Below are positions 52,701-61,100 of a stretch of 64,000 nucleotides of DNA, piece after piece. The notes under the pieces are model-generated. The model had not been told where the DNA came from. It did no database searches and saw only the letters and a program-made list of their open reading frames with translations. This DNA comes from Candidatus Daviesbacteria bacterium. GTDB lineage: Bacteria; Patescibacteriota; Microgenomatia; Daviesbacterales; UBA10151. Each line of letters opens with the position of its first letter. The first letter of the stretch is position 1. Made by a program: the position numbers and the translations under genes. Location: assembly GCA_030699125.1 (NCBI GenBank), contig JAUYKM010000007.1, positions 5,082-69,081 of the forward strand, given 5' to 3'.

Positions 52701-55130
52701 AAAGAAGGTGACCTGTCCTGCCTCCGGACTACCTGCTGCCTCAATTCCTGAACCTCCGGCATCAGCATCACAGATTACCCTGCCGGATGAATCTGTGGTT
52801 AACATACCGTCACCGCAATTATAGATTTGCAATTGCAAAGCTGATCCTACTGTTAATGATTGTCCTATTCCTATATTACCTATGACCTGCAGTCCATAAG
52901 TTGGGGAAGTAGTACCTATACCCACATTACCAAATACAGATAACCCTAACCCTGGCATGCTAGCAAATGTATATCCAGTCCAACCAATCCCTACATTTCC
53001 TCCCACTACCAGTGTGGCTCCTGGTGTGGAAGATCCAATTCCTAAATTAATCCCTACATTTCCCCCATTAAAAATGGCAGCCGGAGCAGTATACCCAGTC
53101 CCTATTCCTAACATCTCTACTCTTAACCCAACTGTTCCACTACTTACTCCTATTCCCACCATCCCCTGACTTAATATTCCTCCTGGTCCCACCCCTAATC
53201 CTCCTCCTACTGATAGCTGATTACTAATTATTGCTGATTCCCTGACTTGTAAAGCCCCGGCCTCCAGTGATCCAATCTGTGCAGATGTCACATCTATACC
53301 TGATATATCATATATCTGAAATTCGCAACCGTCATTGGTAGTAGTACAAGACCCACTATTTAAAGCTACTCCAGCATATGCATATCTACCAGAGATAAAG
53401 ATTGATTGAATGTAATTTAAAGTACTCGCCCCTCCTATAAATAGAGGCAGAGCCGGATTAGAAATATCATAAATCTTAAATTCACAACCAGTGCTATCAG
53501 TAGATGAACAAGTTCCAGTGTCTAGACTACTCCCTATATACAAATACTTGCCTGAAACATAGATAGAACGCGCAATCGCCGCAAAGGAGAGACTACTTAT
53601 TTGAGTTGGTGAGTAAGGATTAGATATATCATAAATTTGCATTGAAGCATTACCACTCCGTGCCGCATATGCATATCTACCTGATACAAAAATTGAGCCA
53701 TAATTAATTGATATATCTGCCCCTCCTACAAATACCGGGTTTGTGGGATTAGAAATATCATAAATCTGGAATTCACAACCAGTATTAGTAGTTGAGGAAC
53801 AAGTGCCAGCGTTACTATCTTTTCCTATATAGGCATATCTGCCTGAAACAAAGATAGGGCGATCTATAGAATTATTGCCAATATCATTATCCCCATTATC
53901 TGCCCCTCCTACAAATACCGGGTTTGTGGGATTAGAAATATCATAAATCTGGAATTCACAACCACCAGGAGTAGTAGAATTACAAGTACTGGTATTAAGA
54001 TCTTTCCCTACATATGCATACCTGCCTGAAACAAATACAGCGTTGATTCCTTCAGCTCCATCATCTGCACCACCTACAACCCTGGGTCTTGCCGGATCAG
54101 ATATATCTATAATTTGCAGTTCACAATTATTAAAATTGGTACTGGTACTGGCACAGGCGGCGGCGCTACCAGTTCTTCCTATATAGGCATATCTGCCTGA
54201 AACAAAGACAGCTAGGACGGCTGTGGGATTAATACTACCAACAGTTATTGTTGTTGGAGCAGCAGGATTAGATACATCGATTACCTTAAAACCTCCAGAA
54301 TCTCCAACATAAGCATATTTACCGGAGACAAAAACAGGATGAGGGGCGTTGTTTAAGGTTAGTCCTCCTACAAAGGTGGGATTTTGGGGGGTTTGGAGGA
54401 GGGAACCACCCAGGATATCTAAGGCAGATCTGGGAGCAGTAGTACCAACTCCTACATTTCCCTGGCTAGTAACTACAAAGGGTAAAGGATTAGTTAATTG
54501 AGTACCTACATATGTAGGATTAATTTGGAATAATTGAGAAGGTGATGTCCAGCCAATTCCTACATTTCCTCCCGTTAAATAAGTATTATGAGCCACAATA
54601 TCATTACCCAGAAAATTATGGGTGCCTTCTATTTGCAGATCATATGTTCTGCCTCTTTTTACCTTAGAAACCGAAGCAATTTCTTCCCACCCATCTATGG
54701 TGGCAATAAACATGCCCGGTTTAATGGATTGAACTTTTAACCATTCCCCGTCAATTAATGGCTTGCCACGTACCGACTGGTACTGTGGTGAACCTCTTAA
54801 GTCCTGGTTGCTGTGGCCCATGATTTTGACAAAATAGGGATGTTCTTTGGTGGTCCTGATTCTTTTACCTTGGGAAGTAATCAGCTCGTATAGATCCTGG
54901 ATGCCTTTGAAGAGGGCAGCCTCCACAGTATGCCATTCAAAATAACCTGTCCTCTCATTTAAAGATAGAATCTCATCCCCCGGCTGAATTTGCTCCACCG
55001 GTACTTCTTCCTCAATCCATCCGCCAGCTGGCGGATCGATTTTTTTGATGTTAGCTACCTTCTCCAACTTACCGTCTATGGAGAGTAACATTCCTACATC
55101 CAGGTCTGATACTTTAATTTGGTTTTTCAT
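43716..55130 (-). CDS. giant modular surface protein (3,804 aa): N-terminal Hint/mini-intein domain, four modules of about 700 aa (Gly-rich tail-fibre-like repeats + LVIVD beta-propeller blades), C-terminal tandem about 100-aa domains
   Basis: Hint blocks GKRIRTTKEHPYFV (TxxH) and TYDLQIEGTHNFLGNDIVAHN|T; repeated GNVGIGTTSPxYGLxVxGNVGIG units; blades YAYVGxxxGxxxIYDISNPxxP; uninterrupted 11.4-kb ORF; ATGA overlap with the upstream paralog. Confidence 0.85.
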   Translation of the reverse strand: MKNQIKVSDLDVGMLLSIDGKLEKVANIKKIDPPAGGWIEEEVPVEQIQPGDEILSLNERTGYFEWHTVEAALFKGIQDLYELITSQGKRIRTTKEHPYFVKIMGHSNQDLRGSPQYQSVRGKPLIDGEWLKVQSIKPGMFIATIDGWEEIASVSKVKRGRTYDLQIEGTHNFLGNDIVAHNTYLTGGNVGIGWTSPSQLFQINPTYVGTQLTNPLPFVVTSQGNVGVGTTAPRSALDILGGSLLQTPQNPTFVGGLTLNNAPHPVFVSGKYAYVGDSGGFKVIDVSNPAAPTTITVGSINPTAVLAVFVSGRYAYIGRTGSAAACASTSTNFNNCELQIIDISDPARPRVVGGADDGAEGINAVFVSGRYAYVGKDLNTSTCNSTTPGGCEFQIYDISNPTNPVFVGGADNGDNDIGNNSIDRPIFVSGRYAYIGKDSNAGTCSSTTNTGCEFQIYDISNPTNPVFVGGADISINYGSIFVSGRYAYAARSGNASMQIYDISNPYSPTQISSLSFAAIARSIYVSGKYLYIGSSLDTGTCSSTDSTGCEFKIYDISNPALPLFIGGASTLNYIQSIFISGRYAYAGVALNSGSCTTTNDGCEFQIYDISGIDVTSAQIGSLEAGALQVRESAIISNQLSVGGGLGVGPGGILSQGMVGIGVSSGTVGLRVEMLGIGTGYTAPAAIFNGGNVGINLGIGSSTPGATLVVGGNVGIGWTGYTFASMPGLGLSVFGNVGIGTTSPTYGLQVIGNIGIGQSLTVGSALQLQIYNCGDGMLTTDSSGRVICDADAGGSGIEAAGSPEAGQVTFFDGGGTQVQGATPFYWNNELMRLGIGSSASANTLGVFGSLGIGSSFAYYNAPANGLIVEGNVGLGTSSPIAPLHVWGNGTVSGIFLNGNIGIGWTSPSQLFQINPTYVGTQLTNPLPFTVTSQGNVGVGTTAPRSALDILGGSLLQTPQNLTWVGGTNGTSNNITAGQNNNSGQNEVFVSGRYLYILNSTGLIILDISNPSTPTQIGSATIGSSLVGGVYVVGNYAYVGTGLNLRVYDISNPTAPALVGQVSVSGSIRGLQISGRYLYITTVTAHAFQIYDISNPINPTRVSTVSLNVNAVGLFVSGKYAYVGKANGAGTCNSTDNTSCEFMIYDISNPASPLYLGGASMSAISQSGDIYVSGRYAYTNAGNTGQFKIFDISNPASPTLMSTNAFGTSSAFAFSFAVSGNYLFVGGNKLGLPNPTCNSITNSGCTIQLWDISNPANPIFLGGKDTGVANLGGSTAIVVSGRYLYTLQFNNVKTCTSDTNFCGINVFDISGIDVTSAQIGSLEAGGLQVRENAFINNQLYVGGGIGLGPGGLLSQGMVGIGVSSGTPGLVVNMLGVGTGYTAPSAIFNGGNVGINLGIGSSTPGSTLFVGGNVGIGWTGFTFASMPGLGLSVFGNVGIGTTTPTYGLQVVGNVGIGQSLTVGSALQLSGYACNGLGGGGKLTTDSSGRVVCQDDSGADTLSGSAASGQVTFFDGGSSVTGANTLFWNNELMRLGVGSSASANRLGVFGSMGIGTSFSSFQTPASNSLVIEGNVGLGTSSPIAPFHLWGAGFASNETPGAVFLNGNVGIGWTSPSQLFQINPTYVGTQLTNPLPFTVTSQGNVGVGTTAPRSALDILGGSLLQTPQNPTFIGGSDLQATDSQVVTSIFVSGKYAYVGTEFETGSCTAGSNTGCEFMIFDVSNPNNPTFINGFEIANLVESIYVSGKFAYLGKTGNAGTCSSTTNTGCELQVYDVSNPNNPLYIGGADDGGDAGQSVFVSGRYAYLGKAANGGTCSSTTNTGCELQIYDVSNPTSPVYTGGINTGNAIASVFTLGRYTYAGDGTTLKIFDVTNPTNPIQISSTSTSGTANSVYVSGRYAYIGDSGGTLRIFDTSNPYSPSQVATASAGDGINSVFVSGRYLYLGKTVNTGTCNFFTSTGCELQVYDVSNPYNPLYVGGANVTDAGSSAANTVFVSGRYAYVGDGVASSSPNCSSKKTDCEFQIYDIGGIDVTSALIGSLEAGGLQVRESAVISNQLTVNSGINIGPGGLLSQGMVGIGVSSGTPGLVVNMLGVGTGYTAPAAIFNGGNVGINLGIGASTPGSTLFVGGNVGIGWTGYTFAAMPSLGLSVFGNVGIGTTTPTYGLHVVGNVGIGQSLTVGSALQLQIYNCGDGMLTTDSSGRVVCDADAGGSGIEAFGTPEAGQVTFFNGGGTQVQGADPFFWDNANMRLGIGSSASANRLGVFGSMGIGSSFAYYNAPANGLIVEGNVGLGTSSPIAPFHLWGAGFGSNDIPGAVFLNGNIGIGWTSPSQLFQINPTYVGTNLTNPLPFTVTSQGNVGVGTTAPRSALDILGGSLLQTPQNPMYIGGASFTSTNNGTAIFISGKYAYVGKNNSTGNACTLSTLTNCLLLIYDISNPNSPVAIAGISGTPGFTGSAASIYVSGNYLYLGRGVNNGACSSTTRDGCEFQIWDISNPSKPLYTGGLNLTFPGGTAALFVSGRYAYIANSSNILEIADVSDPTSPLLVSQISLSAFPISIFVSGRYVYVGGGSASSYLDIYDVSNPIKPIRVSSVAPGGTNRIESVFVSGSYAYLGDSGGTYYVYRISNPYSPTQVSTASVVNAIRSVFVSGKYLYLSNAANPGLCSFSASIGCEIQVYDVSNPSNPIFVGGADNGGNAPAGNVDKTIFVSGRYLYATKVSNANTCDAQTNVGCEFQIYDIGGIDVTSAQIGSLEAGALQVRESAIISNQLTVGGGLGIGPGGLYSQGMVGIGVSSGTPGLVVNMIGVGAGYTAPAAIFNGGNVGINLGIGTSTPGSTLFVGGNVGIGWTGNTFSSIPGLGLSVFGNVGIGRTSANYGVDVAGNAGIGVSLTVGSALRLQSYNCSGLSGGGKLTTDSAGRVVCEADAGAGLTGTGTAPQIAVWDGTSSITGYSTFEYDSTNLVLEIGDNVNTTPNGLDVDGELAIGCVDACNIASEGRIWVQSNGTTFRFNSDATTADYSEYIKQEDASEPGDVMILTPGTPGVGFDSPGVVRRSNSSYDENIIGVITTRGTSYNNPDDNRDSDPTYANVGMLGQVWVKVNLENGPIYTGDPLTSSSTTGEAMKATKTGRIIGRAMEDYLATPGVGSDSPGVSSTGAPPGQILMQVNVTWWEAEQFIERLDSGLLYLDGNLAIGATPYGASFDSPGVSLSVGGSVLSTSNILSLGNVGVGTTNPLYGLTIEKEASSSAAASIVNLSGVDTPDTSGLRIGLGTAVSGVSSNFIDFYAGVASDSAGVRVGRIRLNDNKVAYESTGADFAEYFDALEETEDGDLVSLATPGAGLDSPGVSHSGVAKSSIPYDQNLIGVVSKDAAFVGNADYTPGVGLDSPGVNKAIVGLLGQIKTKVSTINGDIKRGDYLTSSEIPGVAAKATRPGQVIGQALEDFSANTGSTPGVENCAYTPGVECGQILVHVKSGFADPGNFFSSLTMDNEGNLIIPKLKVASLTIDSRGIEDSNLKIEDSRLITDSSSPSSTLDPQNTTIYSPSSTVQFYDLSGKIATLESRIKNLELRIKEENTEATPSAEIAGISSEASDSAELALYDTLIHRSTDALDLTPPDILLASDSATLTADLKVTSSAQILGSLTAYDAIIQNSLKSFGTTTLGNTLIAGNLTIDGTLSFSENTIDALSTLYLQKSQLASSIDIFNGKITLEKDGTIKAKTIIVDQIKVKQDQTAGVGIIPAGQIQASIKNPHIDETSVILLTPKVPLGQLITVTNKSDGSFTVKLSKSETKDVEFDYLIVSGNPTVGIGPPSP
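44769..44809. repeat. in-frame palindromic element, variant pair CCACACCCGGTGTG ... CCACACCGGGTGTGG (encodes TPGVENCAYTPGVE)
   Basis: Two copies of a self-complementary 13-mer 12 nt apart inside giant gene 1. Confidence 0.6.
44989..45022. repeat. in-frame 34-bp palindromic element CACACCGGGGG-agtcaaggccca-CCCCCGGTGTG (encodes TPGVGLDSPGV)
   Basis: 11-bp perfect inverted arms; family A. Confidence 0.85.
45117..45150. repeat. family A palindromic element (encodes TPGAGLDSPGV); absent at the homologous site of the paralog
   Basis: Gene 1 ...actca[ccccgggggaatcaaggcccgcccccgggg]tggctaggctt versus gene 2 (56628) ...actca-tggttaggctt: an exact 30-bp in-frame indel. Confidence 0.9.
45534..45570. 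repeat. family A palindromic element, right arm decayed (encodes TPYGASFDSPGV)
   Basis: CACACCGGGGGAGTCAAAGCTCGCACCGTACGGTGTG. Confidence 0.7.
45699..45732. repeat. family A palindromic element (encodes TPGVGSDSPGV)
   Basis: CACACCGGGGGAGTCAGAGCCCACCCCCGGTGTG. Confidence 0.85.
46002..46035. repeat. family A palindromic element (encodes TPGVGFDSPGV)
   Basis: CACCCCGGGGGAGTCAAAGCCCACCCCCGGTGTG. Confidence 0.85.
55019..55036. repeat. family B palindrome ATCCGCCAGCTGGCGGAT in-frame in the Hint domain of giant gene 1 (encodes IDPPAGGW)
   Basis: Same 14-nt core, same reading frame as at 20540. Confidence 0.8.
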
Positions 55131-58100
55131 GGTCCGCTGGCTTGAATAGTAGATTTATCTATTCCTACGATTAAGTAATCAAAAGTAATGTCAAATGTTT
55201 CCGGACGGGCCAGTTGAACCGTAAACTTGCCTTCTTTTTTGTCTATCACGGCTAAGCTCTGAGTTAAGGCAATATCTGCTGTTACAGGAGTAATCAGAAT
55301 GATGGAATCCTCTGCAGCGTATGAGTTTTCAATCAGGGTATTAATCTGGCCTTTAAGGATAGTACCTTCTCCCCGGCTGGTGTCAGGATTAACCTTAATC
55401 TGATCTACTATGATGGTTTTAGCCTTAATGGTACCGTCTTTCTCCAGGGTAATTTTTCCATTAAAGATATCTACTGAGCTAGAAAGTAGAGATTTTTGAA
55501 GATAGAGGGTGGATAGAGCATCAATGGTATTCTCACTGAATGATAAAGTTCCATCTATGGTTAGGTTTCCGGCAATCAGAGTATCTCCTAAGGTAGTTTG
55601 TCCAAATGATTTAAGGGAATTCTGGATAATGGCATCATAAGCTGTTAAGGATCCCAGGATCTGGGCAGAGGAAGTTACTGTAAGGTCTGCAGTAAGAGTG
55701 GCAGAACCGGAAGCAAGTAGGATATCAGGAGGGCTAAGATCTAGCTGATCAAGCTGGGCCAGGATGGAAGAGGAAGATGATTCATTCACTTGAGCCAGGG
55801 CTGCAGAGGAGGTGGCAGTATTGTCATCCTCTTGTAGAAGGGGATCCAATAAACTGTCAGAGTTAGAATTGTCACTATTTGTTAATTGGATTCCTGCATC
55901 CGCAGGAATGACATTTTGGTCCAGGGTGTTTTCCAGCTGAGCTATTCTTTCCTCAAGTGAGGCAATCTTGCCGGAAAGATCATAATATTGGACGGTAGAG
56001 GATGGAGAATAGATGGTAGTATTTTGAGGATCGAGGGTAGAAGATGGGGAAGAAGAATCTGTAATCAATCTGCTATCTTCTATCTTCAAATTACTATCTT
56101 CTATCCCTCTACTATCTATCGTCAATGATGCTACCTTAAGCTTGGGTATTATCAGATTCCCTTCATTATCCATAGTTAAGGATGAGAAGAAATTCCCCGG
56201 ATCTGCAAAGCCACTCTTAACATGGACAGAGATGAGGCCCTGTTTCACCCCGGGGGAGTCTCCCTCGACTTCGCTCGGGACAAGCGGGCCCACCCCCGGG
56301 GTGTTAGCTGAGAAATCCTCCAATGCCTGTCCTATTACCTGTCCTGGTCTGGTGGCTTTGGCTGCTACTCCCGGAATCTCTGATGAGGTTAGGTAATCTC
56401 CTCTTTTAATATCCCCATTGATAGTAGATACTTTAGTCTTAATCTGACCCAGTAAGCCTACAATGGCTTTATTCACACCGGGGGAGTCTCCCTCGACTTC
56501 GCTCGGGACAAGCGGGCCCACCCCCGGTGTGTAGTCTGCGTTTCCTACAAAGGCAGCATCATGGGAAACAACTCCAATCAGGTTTTGGTCATAAGGGATG
56601 GATGATTTAGCCACTCCAGAATGACTCATGGTTAGGCTTACTAAATCCCCATCCTCAGTTTCCTCTAAAGCATCAAAATACTCTGCAAAGTCAGCACCCA
56701 CTGATTCATATGCTACTTTGTTATCATTAAGTCTGATCCTGCCAACTCTCACCCCGGGGGAGTCAGGGCCCGCCCCCGGGGTGGCTACTGCTGCATAGAA
56801 GTCTATGAAGTTGGAGGAAGTGCCGGAGATAGGTGTACCTAAGCCTAATTTAAGGGCAGATGTATCAGGGTTATCAGCTTGAGATAGATTAATAATGGAG
56901 GCTGAGGCTGAGGATGAGGCATCTTTAATTATATCCAGTCCATAAAGGGGATTGGTGGTGCCAATACCAACATTACCTAAGGATAAGATATTGGATGTGG
57001 CAAGGATTGAGCCTTCAACTGCCAGGCTCACCTCGGTGCCGGGAGGACTGCCTCCTATTGCTAGGTTACCATCCAGATATAGTAAGCCTGAATCTAATCT
57101 CTCAATAAATTGTTCAGCTTCCCACCAGGTGACATTAACCTGTATTAAAATCTGGCCAGGCGGGGCACCAGTACTGCTCACCTCGAAGGAGTCAGGGTCC
57201 ACTTCCGAGGTGTAGTTTTCCATGGCCCTGCCTATAATTCTTCCTGTTTTAGTTGCTTTCATGGCTTCACCTTGAGTAGATGAAGAAGTTAGAGGATCAC
57301 CTGTATAAATTGGTCCGTTCTCCAGATTAACCTTAACCCATACTTGGCCGAGCATTCCTACATTGGCATAGGTAGGATCAGATTGTCTATTATCATCCGG
57401 ATTATTATATGAAGTCCCTCTGGTGGTAATTACCCCGATAATATTCTCATCATAGGATGAATTTGACCTTCGCACCACCCCGGGGGAGTCAGTGCCCACC
57501 CCCGGTGTGCCCGGAGTTAATATCATCACATCCCCGGGTTCAGATGCATCTTCCTGTTTAATATATTCTGAATAGTCAGCAGTAGTAGCATCTGAATTGA
57601 ATCTAAAGGTGGTACCGTTAGATCTGGTCCAGATACGGCCGGCAGAGGCAACTGTTCCTGTTGATCCGATGGTAAACTCACCATCTACATCTAAACTATC
57701 TGGAGTTGTGCCTGTATCTCCAATTTCCAGAACCAGATTAGTACTGTCATATTGAAAAGTGGAATAACCGGTAATTGAGGATGCCCCATCCCAGACAGCT
57801 ACCTGAGTAGCAGTTCCTGTACCGGTAATGCCGCCAGCACCTCCGGCATCTGCCTGACAAACTACTCTGCCTGAGGAATCTGTGGTTAATTTACCGCCGT
57901 TGGTTAGGACCCCGCAGTTATATGATGATAACTGCAAAGCTGATCCTACTGTTAAGGATTGTCCAATACCTACATTACCTACTACATGTAATCCATAAGC
58001 TGGGGAAGTGGTTCCAATTCCTACATTACCAAAAACAGACAGTCCCAGTCCCGGCATGGAGGCAAAAGTGTTGGCTGTCCAGCCAATGCCAACGTTGCCT

Positions 58101-61100
58101 CCCACAAAAAGGGTTGATCCAGGAGTAGAAGCCCCTATCCCTAAATTAATCCCCACATTCCCACCATTAAATATAGCTGCTGGAGCTGTATATCCAGTCC
58201 CTACTCCTAACATCTCTACTCTTAATCCTACAGTTCCACTAGATACCCCTATCCCCACCATGCCTTGTGAATATAATCCTCCTGGCCCAATACCTAACCC
58301 TCCACCTACAGTTAACTGATTATTAATAAATGCATTCTCCCTAACTTGTAATCCACCAGCCTCAAGTGATCCAATTAATGCAGATGTAACATCAATCCCC
58401 CCTATATCATAAATCTGAAACTCACACCCTTCACTGTTAATTGCATTACAAGTATTAGAATTAGCAGCTTTACCTGAATAGAGATATCTTCCTGAAACAA
58501 AGATAGCTTTATCAGCCCCAACATTATTCCCCCCATTGTCAGCCCCTCCTACATACAGGGGATTATTTGGATTTGAGATATCATAAACCTGAATCTCACA
58601 ACCAGTAGAGGTGAAAAAATTACATACTCCAGCATTGGCAACTTTCCCCAGATATAAATATTTTCCTGATACAAATACTGATTGAATAGCATCTCCTGTA
58701 GTGATTGTGGATGATTGGGTAGGAGAGTATGGATTGGATACATCAATTATTCTTAATGTCCCACCACTATCTCCTACATAAGCATATCTGCCTGAGACAA
58801 AAATGGAGTTAGTATCAGATGTATAACCAATAATAGTTTTGCCTATTAAGATGGGATTTGTAGGATTAGATATATCATAGATACCCATTTCACCGTCATC
58901 ACAAAGTTCGGGTAAGCCACTAAAACACCTTGCTATATAAGCATATCTACCTGAGACAAAAATGGAGTTAACAGTTAATGCATTCATACTACTACCGCCT
59001 ATATATAATGGGCGTGAAGGATTAGAGATATCGTATATTCTTAATACTCCTCCGTTCTCTACAGTATATGCATACCTGCCTGAAACAAAGACACTAGTGC
59101 TGTTTCCTCCATTATCAGCTCCTCCCACAAAGATGGGATTAGCTGGATTAGATACATCATATATCTGTAACTCACAACCTGTTGAGGTGGTAGAAGAACA
59201 AGTACCAGCATTAGAATTTGTCCCTACATATGCAAATTTACCTGAGATAAATACAGATTGAGCAGTAGAAGTAGTAGAAATACTACTTATTTGTACAGGT
59301 GAGTTAGGATTAGTTACATCAAAGATTTTAAGAGTAGCTCCATCACCTGCATATACATATTTTCCAGAGGCAAACACAGAATTCATGCCATTTCCAGTAT
59401 TTAATCCTCCCACAAAGGTAGGATTCTGGGGGGTTTGGAGGAGGGAACCACCTAGGATATCTAAAGCTGATCTGGGGGCTGTGGTTCCTACTCCAACATT
59501 ACCTTGGGATGTAACAGTAAATGGTAGGGGATTAGTTAACTGTGTCCCTACATATGTAGGATTAATTTGGAATAATTGGGAAGGGGAAGTCCAGCCTATG
59601 CCAATATTTCCATTTTGGAATATTGCCGAACCGGACAAATGAAAGGAAGCAATAGGTGAGCTGGTCCCCAAGCCTACATTACCTTCCACAATTAATCCAT
59701 TGGTGGGAGCATTATAATAGGCAAAGGAGGAACCTATGCCCATAGATCCAAAGACCCCTAATCTGTTAGCTGAGGCTGAAGAACCTACCCCTAACCTCAT
59801 TAATGCATTATTCCAAAATAGAGTATTAGCTCCCGTTACAGAGGATGCCCCGTCAAAGAAGGTAACCTGTCCTGAAGATCCTGAACCTGTTACCCCGCCG
59901 CCTCCGGCATCAGCTGCACAAACCACTCTGCCTGAAGAATCGGTAGTTAATTTCCCACCGCCACCCAACCCTGAACAATTATAGTTTTGCAGCTGCAAAG
60001 CAGATCCTACAGTTAAGCTCTGTCCAATTCCCACATTACCCACTACATCTAATGCATAATTAGCTGTGGTAGTTCCAATCCCCACATTCCCAAAGACAGA
60101 TAATCCTAAGCCCGGCATGGATGCAAAGGTAAATCCAGTCCAACCTATTCCTACATTCCCTCCTACTACGAGAGTTGCTCCCGGAGTAGAAGCACCTATA
60201 CCTAAATTAATCCCTACATTTCCTCCATTAAATATAGCTGCAGGAGCTGTATATCCAGTACCTACTCCTAACATCTCCACATATAATCCAGTGGTTCCAG
60301 AAGATACTCCAATCCCCACCATTCCCTGAGATAATAATCCACCAGGTCCTACTCCCAACCCTCCACCCACTGTTAGTTGATTAGATATTATTGCTGATTC
60401 TCTAACTTGCAGACTACCTGACTCAAGAGAACCTATTAAAGCACTTGTTACATCAATCCCACCTATATCATATATCTGAAACTCACATCCCACATTAGTC
60501 CCTGCATTACAAGTCCCGGCATTGGCAGCTTTTACCATATAAGCATACCTGCCGGAGACAAAGACCTCATTACCATCATCCCCCAAATCAGCCCCGCCCA
60601 CTAAAGCAGGTGAGGAGGGATTGGATATATCATAAATCCTGAATTCGTTACCTGTTACAGTACCAGTTACCACATAAGCATACCTGCCTGAGACAAAGAC
60701 ACCCCAACCATTAGTCCCCAACTCAACCCCGCCCACTAAAGTAGGTGAGGAGGGATTGGATATATCATAAATCCTGAATTCGTTACCTGCGTCATTATCA
60801 AGTACCACATAAGCATATCTTCCTGAGACAAAGACATCACGACTAAAATTTCCTAACTCAACCCCACCCACCTCAATAGGTGAGGAGGGATTGGATATAT
60901 CATAAATCCTGAATTCGTTACCTGTTACAGTACCAGTTACCACATAAGCATACCTGCCTGAGACAAAGACACCCCAACCACCATTCCCCAAATCAGCCCC
61001 GCCCACCTCAATAGGTGAGGAGGGATTGGATATATCATAAATCCTGAATTCGTTACCTGTTACACTACCATGTACCACATAAGCATACCTGCCTGAGACA

